A stretch of 64,000 nt of DNA, taken from positions 147,365-211,364 of the IMG/VR virus record IMGVR_UViG_3300035145_003993. One strand, written 5' to 3'. Below the pieces are notes generated by a model. It saw only the letters and a program-made list of their open reading frames with translations. It was not told the DNA's origin and did no database searches. Both the position numbers and the translations under genes were made by a program. Of the stretch, positions 18,740 through 27,003 are shown piece by piece. Within the stretch, counting starts at the first letter, position 1; each line of letters begins with the position of its first letter.

Positions 18740-18828
18740 CTTCTATTTCTACTATCTTTATCATTTTCAATAACTTCTAATATCTCATTTTTACTAAATT
18801 TTTCTGGATTTAAAATTTCTTTAGACAC
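18736..18828 (-). CDS. small ORF, 30 aa (missed by track)
   Basis: AAGGA RBS then GTG; MSKEILNPEKFSKNEILEVIENDKDSRNRR; stop overlaps tdk ATG (ATGA). Confidence 0.45.
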   Translation of the reverse strand: MSKEILNPEKFSKNEILEVIENDKDSRNRR

Positions 18829-18837
18829 TTTTTCCTT

Positions 18838-19728
18838 TCAAGGTACGATATAAGCTGACCTAATATTAATTGTAAGTTCGATATCTACATCTTCTGGTAA
18901 AGAAATCTCACCAGCCGCTCTTACACTAAGTATCTTAAGAAATTCATAATCTGTCCATAAATCTTTTAAAACATTAGACTGTTTAAGAGTTACATCAACA
19001 TTTAAAGATTGATTTCTCCAAAGAAGATGAACGAATGAAATATTTTTATTTCCAGAATATGAAAAATTCCTATTATCTAATTTATTTTTTTTGCGTGAAT
19101 TACTTAAACCTGATCTTTCTAGAAATATTCTATTAGATAATTTATCTATAATTTGATTATAATATTTATTTTTTTCGGGATTATTTAATATTGTGTAATC
19201 AATATTATTGATGTCGATTTTTTCTTTACATTTTATGTCTAATAGTTCATTTTTTCCGCTCTTTATCACTAAAGATTTTATTAATTCTTGCGTAGGAATT
19301 TCGTTTAAAGAATTAATAAAAGAAATAGATTTTTGGCAATTTTCTTCAAGATTTTCACTTTCTATAAGTAAAACATTTGGATAATATTTTAAATTTGATT
19401 TAAGCAAATCTTCATAATATTTTCTTACTATTAGTATGCTATTTTCATCTTGACATTCATCACCTCTGATTTTTAATCTTTCTAAGATTGTTTTTTCACT
19501 AGGTAATAAAACAATATAAAGTATGTCAAGTCTATTTAGTTCTTTTAAAAGTTTATCATACCAAATCGATTCTATTCCTCTATCATAGAGTTTTGAATAA
19601 ACAATCATTGACATACAACTTCTATCTTGAATATTATAGATATAACCTGTTTCTTTATGAATTTTATTAAATAATGTAGTTTTACCACTACAGTCAGGTC
19701 CTTCAATAATAATATGTTGAAATCTCAT
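18838..19728 (-). CDS. dNMP (thymidylate) kinase fused to a degenerate ThyA/dCMP-hydroxymethylase-like C-terminal domain
   Basis: IIIEGPDCSGKTT P-loop and DRS motif; C-terminal ISFVHLLWRNQSLNVDVTLKQSNVLKDLWTDYEF resembles the TS-family Q-F/Y-x-x-R...RSxD...D/N segment. Confidence 0.7.
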   Translation of the reverse strand: MRFQHIIIEGPDCSGKTTLFNKIHKETGYIYNIQDRSCMSMIVYSKLYDRGIESIWYDKLLKELNRLDILYIVLLPSEKTILERLKIRGDECQDENSILIVRKYYEDLLKSNLKYYPNVLLIESENLEENCQKSISFINSLNEIPTQELIKSLVIKSGKNELLDIKCKEKIDINNIDYTILNNPEKNKYYNQIIDKLSNRIFLERSGLSNSRKKNKLDNRNFSYSGNKNISFVHLLWRNQSLNVDVTLKQSNVLKDLWTDYEFLKILSVRAAGEISLPEDVDIELTINIRSAYIVP

Positions 19729-19748
19729 TTAAAACCTTTTTATATTTT

Positions 19749-19777
19749 ATTGTATTAACTAATATGTATATTTACAT
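19749..19777 (-). promoter_or_regulatory. Promoter variant ATGTAA-N17-TACAAT upstream of the kinase gene
   Basis: One mismatch in each box, 17-nt spacer, intergenic. Confidence 0.55.
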
Positions 19778-19791
19778 ACAAAGGAAAAACA

Positions 19792-20001
19792 ATGTACCAA
19801 ATTTTAGAAAATTATATACAACTTGTATTTGAAAACGAAAAAAATAAAAACAAAACGTTTAAAGATATACTTAATAGTTTAAAAAATAGTCAAAATCCTA
19901 AAAAGGTACTAAGAAATACAGATCCTATAGAAAGAAATACAGATCAAATAGGATTTGACCAATTAATTAAAAAATCTAGTAATTCTAATCAAACGCGTTA
20001 A
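19792..20001 (+). pseudogene. short plus-strand ORF (69 aa), probable gene remnant with leader motif
   Basis: AAGGA RBS, MYQILENYIQLVFE leader, internal 14-bp direct repeat aagaaatacagatc (19911 and 19932), 3' end overlaps the dnaE-C stop. Confidence 0.4.
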
Positions 20002-23000
20002 TCTTTTTAAGCTTAGCTAAACTTGATGACATACCCCAGTTAACATCATTACTAATATCAGCCAACCAAGTTGTAAATTCAATTTCACCTTCCATATCTC
20101 CCCATACTCGAAGCCATCCACTTCGATTATCAATATCGACGCATTTCCATCTCATAAATGATTTACCGTTTTTAGTTGTTTTTCTAATAACTTCTGTAAC
20201 AGTAAACCATCCAATTCCACGCTCACCTTTTGGTATATCAAAAATACTATTGATTTGCTTCTGTTTTAGTTTTTTAACTAAGCTTGGTGGAAACAATAAA
20301 TCGTCATTTGCATCATTACTGAGTTCAAAATAGTTTTTAATTTTAGTACTTCTTGACCAATCACTAACAACTCTGTATTGTGAGATTAACTTTTCGACAA
20401 TTGGAATGATTTCTTCACCATTTTTATTTGCTTTTTTAATAGCAGTTTTTGTCATTCCAAAGCTTCCTTTCTTTAAAATCATATAATTATCCAAGATTAA
20501 ATCATGCATTTGTTTGTGATTGTCTAGTGTTCCATCTTGAAATTCTTGGAGTGACTTAAATGCTTCCATCTTTGTTAGTGATGAAAAAGCTGTTTTATTC
20601 ATTTTTGAATGTTTCCATTCTCCTTCTTTATTGTAAAAAAGATCTTGTAAATTATTATATGGTCTATTTACAAATATTTCTTCAACAGCTTTGTCACCTA
20701 CTCCTTTAAGAGATGTCAACGGAGGAACAAACGATTTTAAATCTTCTGAATATTCCCATTGAGATCCTGAGTGATTTATATCAATTGCTGATATGTCATA
20801 TCCTAGTGCCTTAATTTCTGCAATTACTTTGGACATTCCTTTAGGATTACCATTTTCTGATTGTAAAACAGTTGCTAGCCAGTCTGTTTCGTAGTGTGTA
20901 TGAAGCCACGCAGCGTAATATGAGTCGATTGCATAAGAAACAGCATGACTTTTATTGAAACCGTAAACAGCAAAACCTTCTATTTCTTCCCAAAGTTTTT
21001 TAGATATATGTTCGGGTACATCATTAATTTCTTTTGCACCTTTAATAAACTTTTCTCTTGCAATTGTTTTTTCATCTTTTTTATTTCCCATTGTTGCGAG
21101 ATTATTCTTAACAAGGGTTTTTCTCAGCTTATCAGCTTCACCTGGATCAAAACCTGATAGTTTTTGTGCAAGTAACATAAATTGCTCTTGAAATACAACG
21201 TAAGAAAATGTTGGTCCTAAAACTTCTTCGATAATCGGATGATCGTATTTAATTTGTTCTGCGTTTTGTTTAGATTTAACATATTTTTTATGAACATTAG
21301 CTTTAAGAGGTCCAGGACGATAAATAGCAGTTAAAGCTGCTAATTCTTCAATACTTTCTGGTTTAGCTTCTAATGAAAAGTTTCTAGCTCCTGTATTTGT
21401 AAATTGGAATATTCCTACAAATCTTCCATCATGATATACATGCTTCCAGACATCTTGATCATTTTGTTCGTGAAATCTACAATTTAAATGTTTATCAAAG
21501 AATTTTTTAGCATCACTAAATTGTGGATTATTATTACCCTCCTTTTTAAGGATTCTATAAATACAATTTTCAATATCTTTTAATAAGGATAAACCTAAGA
21601 AATCAAATTTAATAAAACCATTATCTTCTAAGTTTCTAAAATTTAATCCTTCTGACCATGGTGTTTGTAATTCTCCTCTTACACCTACGATAGGCATAGT
21701 TGTTTCTAAATGTTCAGGATCAGCTACTAACACACCCCCTGCATGACGACCAATTGCTCTATTCTGCATAAACAAAGAAGCAATATGAGTTTCAACTTCA
21801 GGATATCTTTCCATAAAATCTTTATATTCTGGAGAATACTTTTTACAATCTTCATGCTTAAGAACAAAAACAGATTTTTCTTGATCGTCACCTTTTGCCA
21901 TTTTCATAACTTGATCGTGAAGAGGACCAGTTACTTTATTTACTTCATCATACGGAATATCATAAAACTTAGATATATCTTTAATAAGAGACTTAAGCTT
22001 TAAAGTATTAAAGTTAGAAACAGGAATAACAGCATCGTTTCCATATAATTCTTTTGCAGCATTAATTAACTCATCACGATCACCAGCATCTGTATCAATA
22101 TCAGGCCATGAAACCCTATGCCTTCCTAAGAATCTTGCCCAAAGAAGATCGTATGGAAGAGGGTCAACTTGTGTAATGCCTAATAAATAATTAACTAAAG
22201 AGCCAGCTCCTGATCCTCTTCCTGGCCCTAATAAAGTTTTCTTTTCAGCCTTCTTAAAAATTTCATACATCGTAATAAAATATGCTTCGTGACCAAGATA
22301 CTTTATATCTGATAATTCTTCTTTAGCACGATCAACATAAACTTGGTTTGTATGAAAACCATGGCTAACGAGTGAATCTTTAACTAAAGAAGATAAGTGT
22401 TGAAAAGGAGTTTTATTTGGAACGTTTATTGTAGGTAGTTTAACTCCTGTATCAATCCAAGTATCTTCAAATTCATTCCAAACGATATCATGAGTTCGAT
22501 TAATAGCATCACGAACTAATTCTTCATTACCTTTATAAAATTCATAAGTAGGATATGAATCAAGAAATTCTTCCCACATTTGAGAAGCATTTTTTGGATA
22601 TAATTCACACTTAAGATCTTCAAATTCTGGAAGAGAAAGATTATCTCTTTTTCCTAACCAACCAAGTTTTTTATATAATTCTCGAGCTTGCCATTTTTCA
22701 TTTGAAGGGTAATGTGAATCTGCTGTACAAATAAGAGGAATACCTGTTAATTTATGGTGTTCTATAAGATAATCATTAACAGTATGCTGTTTTTCTAATT
22801 TATTAAACTGTAATTCAAGTTTAAAATTGTTTTCTCCAACACAAGAAACAAACCTATCTGTTAGATTTAATAATTCTTTCTGAATTTGTTCACGTGATTG
22901 ATTATGAACTTCACCTCTTAAAATACGATTACTATAAATACCACCAAGGCAGTTGTGCACTAAAATATTGTTAGCAAAAAAATTGTGATTACCTTCAACA

Positions 23001-23080
23001 GTAATGTCGTAAACGTCAGAAGTCTCATCTATTTCTTCAATAATTTCAACTTCAATAAATTTTGTTTGAATGTCTTTCAA
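19985..23080 (-). CDS. dnaE: DNA polymerase III alpha, C-terminal part (IntC 43 aa + 988 aa C-extein)
   Basis: TTG start with AGGA RBS; LVHN|CLGG junction; ADSHY, GRGSGAGSL, PDIDTD, GRHAGG, KFDFLGL, FNKSHA motifs; C-terminal OB-like region. Confidence 0.96.
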   Translation of the reverse strand: MKDIQTKFIEVEIIEEIDETSDVYDITVEGNHNFFANNILVHNCLGGIYSNRILRGEVHNQSREQIQKELLNLTDRFVSCVGENNFKLELQFNKLEKQHTVNDYLIEHHKLTGIPLICTADSHYPSNEKWQARELYKKLGWLGKRDNLSLPEFEDLKCELYPKNASQMWEEFLDSYPTYEFYKGNEELVRDAINRTHDIVWNEFEDTWIDTGVKLPTINVPNKTPFQHLSSLVKDSLVSHGFHTNQVYVDRAKEELSDIKYLGHEAYFITMYEIFKKAEKKTLLGPGRGSGAGSLVNYLLGITQVDPLPYDLLWARFLGRHRVSWPDIDTDAGDRDELINAAKELYGNDAVIPVSNFNTLKLKSLIKDISKFYDIPYDEVNKVTGPLHDQVMKMAKGDDQEKSVFVLKHEDCKKYSPEYKDFMERYPEVETHIASLFMQNRAIGRHAGGVLVADPEHLETTMPIVGVRGELQTPWSEGLNFRNLEDNGFIKFDFLGLSLLKDIENCIYRILKKEGNNNPQFSDAKKFFDKHLNCRFHEQNDQDVWKHVYHDGRFVGIFQFTNTGARNFSLEAKPESIEELAALTAIYRPGPLKANVHKKYVKSKQNAEQIKYDHPIIEEVLGPTFSYVVFQEQFMLLAQKLSGFDPGEADKLRKTLVKNNLATMGNKKDEKTIAREKFIKGAKEINDVPEHISKKLWEEIEGFAVYGFNKSHAVSYAIDSYYAAWLHTHYETDWLATVLQSENGNPKGMSKVIAEIKALGYDISAIDINHSGSQWEYSEDLKSFVPPLTSLKGVGDKAVEEIFVNRPYNNLQDLFYNKEGEWKHSKMNKTAFSSLTKMEAFKSLQEFQDGTLDNHKQMHDLILDNYMILKKGSFGMTKTAIKKANKNGEEIIPIVEKLISQYRVVSDWSRSTKIKNYFELSNDANDDLLFPPSLVKKLKQKQINSIFDIPKGERGIGWFTVTEVIRKTTKNGKSFMRWKCVDIDNRSGWLRVWGDMEGEIEFTTWLADISNDVNWGMSSSLAKLKKINAFD
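22952..23080 (-). mobile_element. Split intein C-fragment (DnaE), 43 aa
   Basis: Blocks F/G: VYDITVEGNHNFFANNILVHN, followed by Cys+1 at 22949-22951. Confidence 0.95.
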
Positions 23081-23099
23081 AATTATTCCTTTTTATTAG

Positions 23100-23128
23100 A
23101 ATATAATACAATTAGTTAATATTTACAC
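23100..23128 (-). promoter_or_regulatory. Promoter GTGTAA-N17-TATATT upstream of dnaE-C
   Basis: -35 box lies in the last codons of the endonuclease gene; -10 box is 19 nt before the TTG start. Confidence 0.6.
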
Positions 23129-24062
23129 TTTCATTAATTAAATCAATTGTATTATCAATTTCATTTTCCCATATAATCAAGTAGTTATAGTTTCTTTTTT
23201 TTGCTATCTTCATTTTGTAAGAATCAGCATTCCAAATATCACCTGCTTTTATTTTTCCTCTTGGGAAATCAAGAATGCTATTTTCATTATATAGAGAAGG
23301 GTGTGCGTGCCAAAATAGACCATGGCATTCAATGATTAAATTAAACTTTGGCAGATAAAAATCATATATGTAACATCTTTTGTTGTATAATAATTCATCT
23401 TTTGTCAAATTAATTCGATATTGAATAGAATAGTCAATGTTATTTTCTCTTAATAATCTTTCAATTCTTTTTTCTGTTTTAGGTTGTGATGTTTTTTTAA
23501 GAGCACCAATTGCACCTTTAACAGCTCTTTCTGAAATTATTGCATTTGCATTATCCTTACTTAATCCTTTCTTAAGCCAAAACTCAATGCAAAATGGAGA
23601 ATTTGATCGTTTATAGTTAGATAAACTTTCTTTTGCATCTTCAATATTTTCCGTTTTTTCTATCCAATACTCTAAAGTTTGTTTTTGGTTGTAAGGTTTA
23701 CCTGACTTTTTTCTAGTTTTAACTGTTCCTTTTTGTCCTTTTAAAGAAGTCTTCAAATAGTAACTTTCAATTTCTTTTATTGAAGTGTTTTTTGGAAATT
23801 TAAACTGACTTCTGAATGCTGTTGAAGTTTTTTGATTATCTACATGAAGCTTAAAACCGATTTTGTCTTTTAAAAGAATAGAAAAAGTTTGCTGTGATAT
23901 ATTTAACTCATTAAAGCATTTTCTATTGTCACGATTAATCATTTGATATAACATTGAAAACGAGTAAAGTTTATTAATAAAACCTTGTATTTCTTCTTTT
24001 GAGTAATAAGAAAAAAGTATTTCTTCTCTAATTTTCCATATATTTGTTTTTTTTGTTTTCAT
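23112..24062 (-). CDS. free-standing homing endonuclease, Vsr-like/DUF559 (EDxHD-type), inside the fractured dnaE
   Basis: SQPKTE...YIYDFYL...IIECHGLFWH...ADSYK...LIIWENE; position between IntN and IntC; AGGAGG RBS. Confidence 0.85.
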   Translation of the reverse strand: MKTKKTNIWKIREEILFSYYSKEEIQGFINKLYSFSMLYQMINRDNRKCFNELNISQQTFSILLKDKIGFKLHVDNQKTSTAFRSQFKFPKNTSIKEIESYYLKTSLKGQKGTVKTRKKSGKPYNQKQTLEYWIEKTENIEDAKESLSNYKRSNSPFCIEFWLKKGLSKDNANAIISERAVKGAIGALKKTSQPKTEKRIERLLRENNIDYSIQYRINLTKDELLYNKRCYIYDFYLPKFNLIIECHGLFWHAHPSLYNENSILDFPRGKIKAGDIWNADSYKMKIAKKRNYNYLIIWENEIDNTIDLINESVNIN

Positions 24063-24099
24063 TATATTATCCTCCTAGGCACATATTATATATTCTGCT

Positions 24100-25017
24100 T
24101 CAGAGGTTAATATTAATAATTATATCACCTTTAACAATATCTTTTGTATCAATCCATCCTTTGTCTTTAACAAGAACACGATGATCAGGTGTAAGTTTGA
24201 TTTCGTTACCTTCTTTGTCTTTAATTCTCATAAGCTTAGCACCTCCTCGGGTTTTGTCACCCCAGATTACTTTTTTAAATTCAGCTTTGCTAGTATATTC
24301 ATTATAAGAAAGAACTTGGATTTCTTCACCTTTATTAAATCTTTCTACAACTTCTTTAATAGATAGATTTCCAGATGAAGTTTGTAAAGTTGTGTCAGGA
24401 TGAAGACAAGCTGTAGATATGTGTAATCCTTCACCATGTTCTTGAAGCATTTGAAAATCAATACGTGGGTATCTATAAAAACCATATTTATACGATTTTT
24501 TAACTAAAGTAAATAAATTGTGAAGACCTTTTTGGTTTTTTGCTGTAACTACCAAATGATATCTTCTTTTCCACTCATCTTTAAGGATATCAACATTTTT
24601 TGTTTCATCTTCGTCTTCAACAACTAATCCGCCACTTTCATCATCTGCGTCAATATCAACTTTTTCTTTTGATTTCCTTTCAGCAGCAGCGGCAGATTTT
24701 GCGTCTTTTACTGCTTGTTTGTGAGCAGCATATTCTTCAGACCATTGTTGAAGTGAAGGAACAAAATAAAATTCAACTCCATAAATTTGTCTATAATTCC
24801 TTCCTGATTTTTGCATTCTAATTGTATGAGATCTTGCATGAGCAAGACCATTACCGTTACCATGGTCTGTTAGTGCCCATGCATCCATACCCTGAGATTC
24901 AGACAAAACAAAATCAATATGATCAGATGGGTATCCTAATCCATCGAATGTTGAAAACGTGCTGTGTGCATGAAGACCGACAAATCTATCTGGTGGTGTT
25001 ATTAAATCAATAGACAA
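24100..25017 (-). CDS. dnaE: DNA polymerase III alpha, N-terminal PHP part (203 aa N-extein + IntN 102 aa)
   Basis: LHAHSTFSTFDG, ALTDHGN, YGVEFY, HLVVTAKNQKG, YRYPRID PHP motifs; ISTA|CLHPDT junction; TTG start. Confidence 0.96.
   Translation of the reverse strand: MSIDLITPPDRFVGLHAHSTFSTFDGLGYPSDHIDFVLSESQGMDAWALTDHGNGNGLAHARSHTIRMQKSGRNYRQIYGVEFYFVPSLQQWSEEYAAHKQAVKDAKSAAAAERKSKEKVDIDADDESGGLVVEDEDETKNVDILKDEWKRRYHLVVTAKNQKGLHNLFTLVKKSYKYGFYRYPRIDFQMLQEHGEGLHISTACLHPDTTLQTSSGNLSIKEVVERFNKGEEIQVLSYNEYTSKAEFKKVIWGDKTRGGAKLMRIKDKEGNEIKLTPDHRVLVKDKGWIDTKDIVKGDIIININL
24103..24408 (-). mobile_element. Split intein N-fragment (DnaE), 102 aa
   Basis: Cys1 block A CLHPDT, block B TPDH, then a stop codon. 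Confidence 0.95.
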
Positions 25018-25045
25018 ATTATATACCTTTCTTTTTTTATTTATT

Positions 25046-25294
25046 TTATTTTTCTGATTTTAAAATGTTAATAACTTTTATATCACGAGTTTTAATATCA
25101 TATATTTTATTACTATTTACATCAAGCATTTTATAACTAAAAAATCTTTTATTTCCGTATTTTGTTTTATTTTCAAATAAAAAATTTCTATCTAAAACCA
25201 AAGCTGTTCTCGGACCTGAAAATTGATTTCTAAATATTTTATGTTCAAATGTTACAAGATCAGAAACTTCTAATCCTTTTGAATAAGAAGACAT
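25046..25294 (-). CDS. hypothetical protein, 82 aa
   Basis: ORF with AAGGA RBS. Confidence 0.65.
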   Translation of the reverse strand: MSSYSKGLEVSDLVTFEHKIFRNQFSGPRTALVLDRNFLFENKTKYGNKRFFSYKMLDVNSNKIYDIKTRDIKVINILKSEK

Positions 25295-25341
25295 ATAAAT
25301 TCCTTATTTTTATATTTCATTTAAATGTTTTTTTATAGTTT

Positions 25342-25370
25342 ATTATATTTATTAAATAATTAATTTACAC
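25342..25370 (-). promoter_or_regulatory. Promoter GTGTAA-N17-TATAAT heading the dnaE operon
   Basis: Perfect match, intergenic. Confidence 0.75.
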
Positions 25371-25394
25371 TTAAAAAATACAATAAGGTTTATA

Positions 25395-25493
25395 ATGAAA
25401 ACTAAAGAAATATTAAGAGAATGGAATTTATTTTTAAAAAATATATTGAGACTCTTATTTCTTAAATATTGTATTATACTAATCGTTCAATAA
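25395..25493 (+). pseudogene. 32-codon plus-strand stub with leader-like start
   Basis: AAGG RBS, MKTKEILREWNLFLKN...; resembles the start of ORF 36142-36564 (MKNIYEMFNQWRQFLLDE). Confidence 0.3.
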
Positions 25494-26657
25494 TTTTAAA
25501 GTTCTTTCTTGATTAAATCTCATAACTTTTCCATATTGTAATTTAAAACTTTCAACACAGTTTACAATATTATTTGGACTTTGAGCATCTTCACAGTGTG
25601 TATTAAAAAAATCAATTAAAGTTTCTAATGATTTTAAACCTCCACCAAGATTCCAATAACATTCTCCTGCGAACCACATTCTAGATCTATTAGGCATCCA
25701 CCTATTTTTAATACACTGTTTTATTTCTTTGTTAAGGTAATCATTTTTTGTATTTCCATTCATAATATCTTTTTTTGATAAAACGGGAGTAAAAGTATTA
25801 TTTAATAAATTGTTATAAGACTTTTCATCTAAAAGTTTTTTTGAAATACTATCTACACTATCTAAAAAACTTATTTCTTTAATTCTACATTTTCTAATAC
25901 AAATTTCTCTAAATGCTAATTGTCTAAGAATAGGTATAATTGGATTATCCTTTTCAATAAACCTTGGAGAAAGTGATAAAACTAAATGTGTTATTACCCT
26001 TGGATCAATTAAACCATGATGTAAAAATTTAGAAAGTTTTGTACTTCCTTCTCTTTCATTTCTTGTTTTATGATAAGATAAAACCTTTTCTTTGAATCTT
26101 TTTAAAATGTTACAAACATTTTTATGAGTTTTCAAAGATAAATTATGATTAATTTTATATAATTCGCCTATACTCCCAAAATCATTTATTTTATTATAAT
26201 TACAAAATATTTCTTCTTTCTTTAGTCTATTTTTTGTCCAATAGATCCATCTACTTTTTGCTGTCATTTTTGTACAAGACTCAATATAAGAGTCAGAATC
26301 GACTTCTTCTACATTAATATTATTAAATTTTAATTTTTCTGAAAAAAGAGGTTTATCGTAATATACTTTTTCGATATTTTCATTTTTACAAAAATCTTCA
26401 ATTAATGCAACAGGATTTTTTGATTTAATTATTTTAAGATTTAAATCATAATTTTCTTTTAATCTGCTTGAAAAATAATTTAATGATTCGTAATAAAATA
26501 GATTATTATTATTTTTATAATAATTTTTATTATTATCATTTAAATAATAATTTGAAATATATACAACACAAATATTTTTATAAGAAGATATAGCTTTTTT
26601 AAAAATAAAACTGTTTGTTCTAAAAGAATGATCAATTATAATTAGACATTTAGACAT
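25479..26657 (-). CDS. phrB: DNA photolyase/cryptochrome family protein (compact, divergent)
   Basis: YHKTRN...STKLSKFLHHGLI, RQLAFRE, GNT, WMPNRSRMWFA, EDAQSPNN FAD-binding motifs. Confidence 0.8.
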   Translation of the reverse strand: MSKCLIIIDHSFRTNSFIFKKAISSYKNICVVYISNYYLNDNNKNYYKNNNNLFYYESLNYFSSRLKENYDLNLKIIKSKNPVALIEDFCKNENIEKVYYDKPLFSEKLKFNNINVEEVDSDSYIESCTKMTAKSRWIYWTKNRLKKEEIFCNYNKINDFGSIGELYKINHNLSLKTHKNVCNILKRFKEKVLSYHKTRNEREGSTKLSKFLHHGLIDPRVITHLVLSLSPRFIEKDNPIIPILRQLAFREICIRKCRIKEISFLDSVDSISKKLLDEKSYNNLLNNTFTPVLSKKDIMNGNTKNDYLNKEIKQCIKNRWMPNRSRMWFAGECYWNLGGGLKSLETLIDFFNTHCEDAQSPNNIVNCVESFKLQYGKVMRFNQERTLKLLND

Positions 26658-26691
26658 ATAAACTCTTTTTATTAATTATTATTTATTTTTT

Positions 26692-26754
26692 AATATAATC
26701 ATTATTATTCTTATTTACACATAAAACTATAATTAATTAATATTTAATTTACAC
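26692..26754 (-). promoter_or_regulatory. Tandem promoters GTGTAA-N17-TATAGT (26726-26754) and GTGTAA-N17-TATATT (26692-26720) upstream of photolyase
   Basis: Two copies, both with 17-nt spacers, intergenic. Confidence 0.65.
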
Positions 26755-26772
26755 GCAAAAGTATGGTATAAG

Positions 26773-27003
26773 CTAAGTCTCAGATTTAGTTACCCACAGA
26801 CCGTCTTGATTTTCTAAATCCATTGTTTCTCTAGACGATCCATTTAAGTAAACAATTAGACCTTTAACAAAGTAATGATCTTGAATAATTTCTGTAACTA
26901 AACAGTTATTTTTTATCCTTTCACCATAAAAAAATATATCAATCATGTCACCTTCTTTTAACTGTGATACTTCGTGTATTTCATTTTTATAATTACTGGA
27001 CAT
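26773..27003 (-). CDS. hypothetical protein, 76 aa
   Basis: ORF on main strand. Confidence 0.6.
   Translation of the reverse strand: MSSNYKNEIHEVSQLKEGDMIDIFFYGERIKNNCLVTEIIQDHYFVKGLIVYLNGSSRETMDLENQDGLWVTKSET

Noticed and set aside
20940-20970. Cyanobacterial-type DnaE split intein site
   Set aside because: The YGFNKSHA region is uninterrupted; the split is in the PHP domain
24070-24106. Hairpin hiding the RBS of the Vsr-like endonuclease
   Set aside because: Only 4-5 bp of pairing (CCTC/GAGG) across a long AT loop, which is not convincing without a folding calculation
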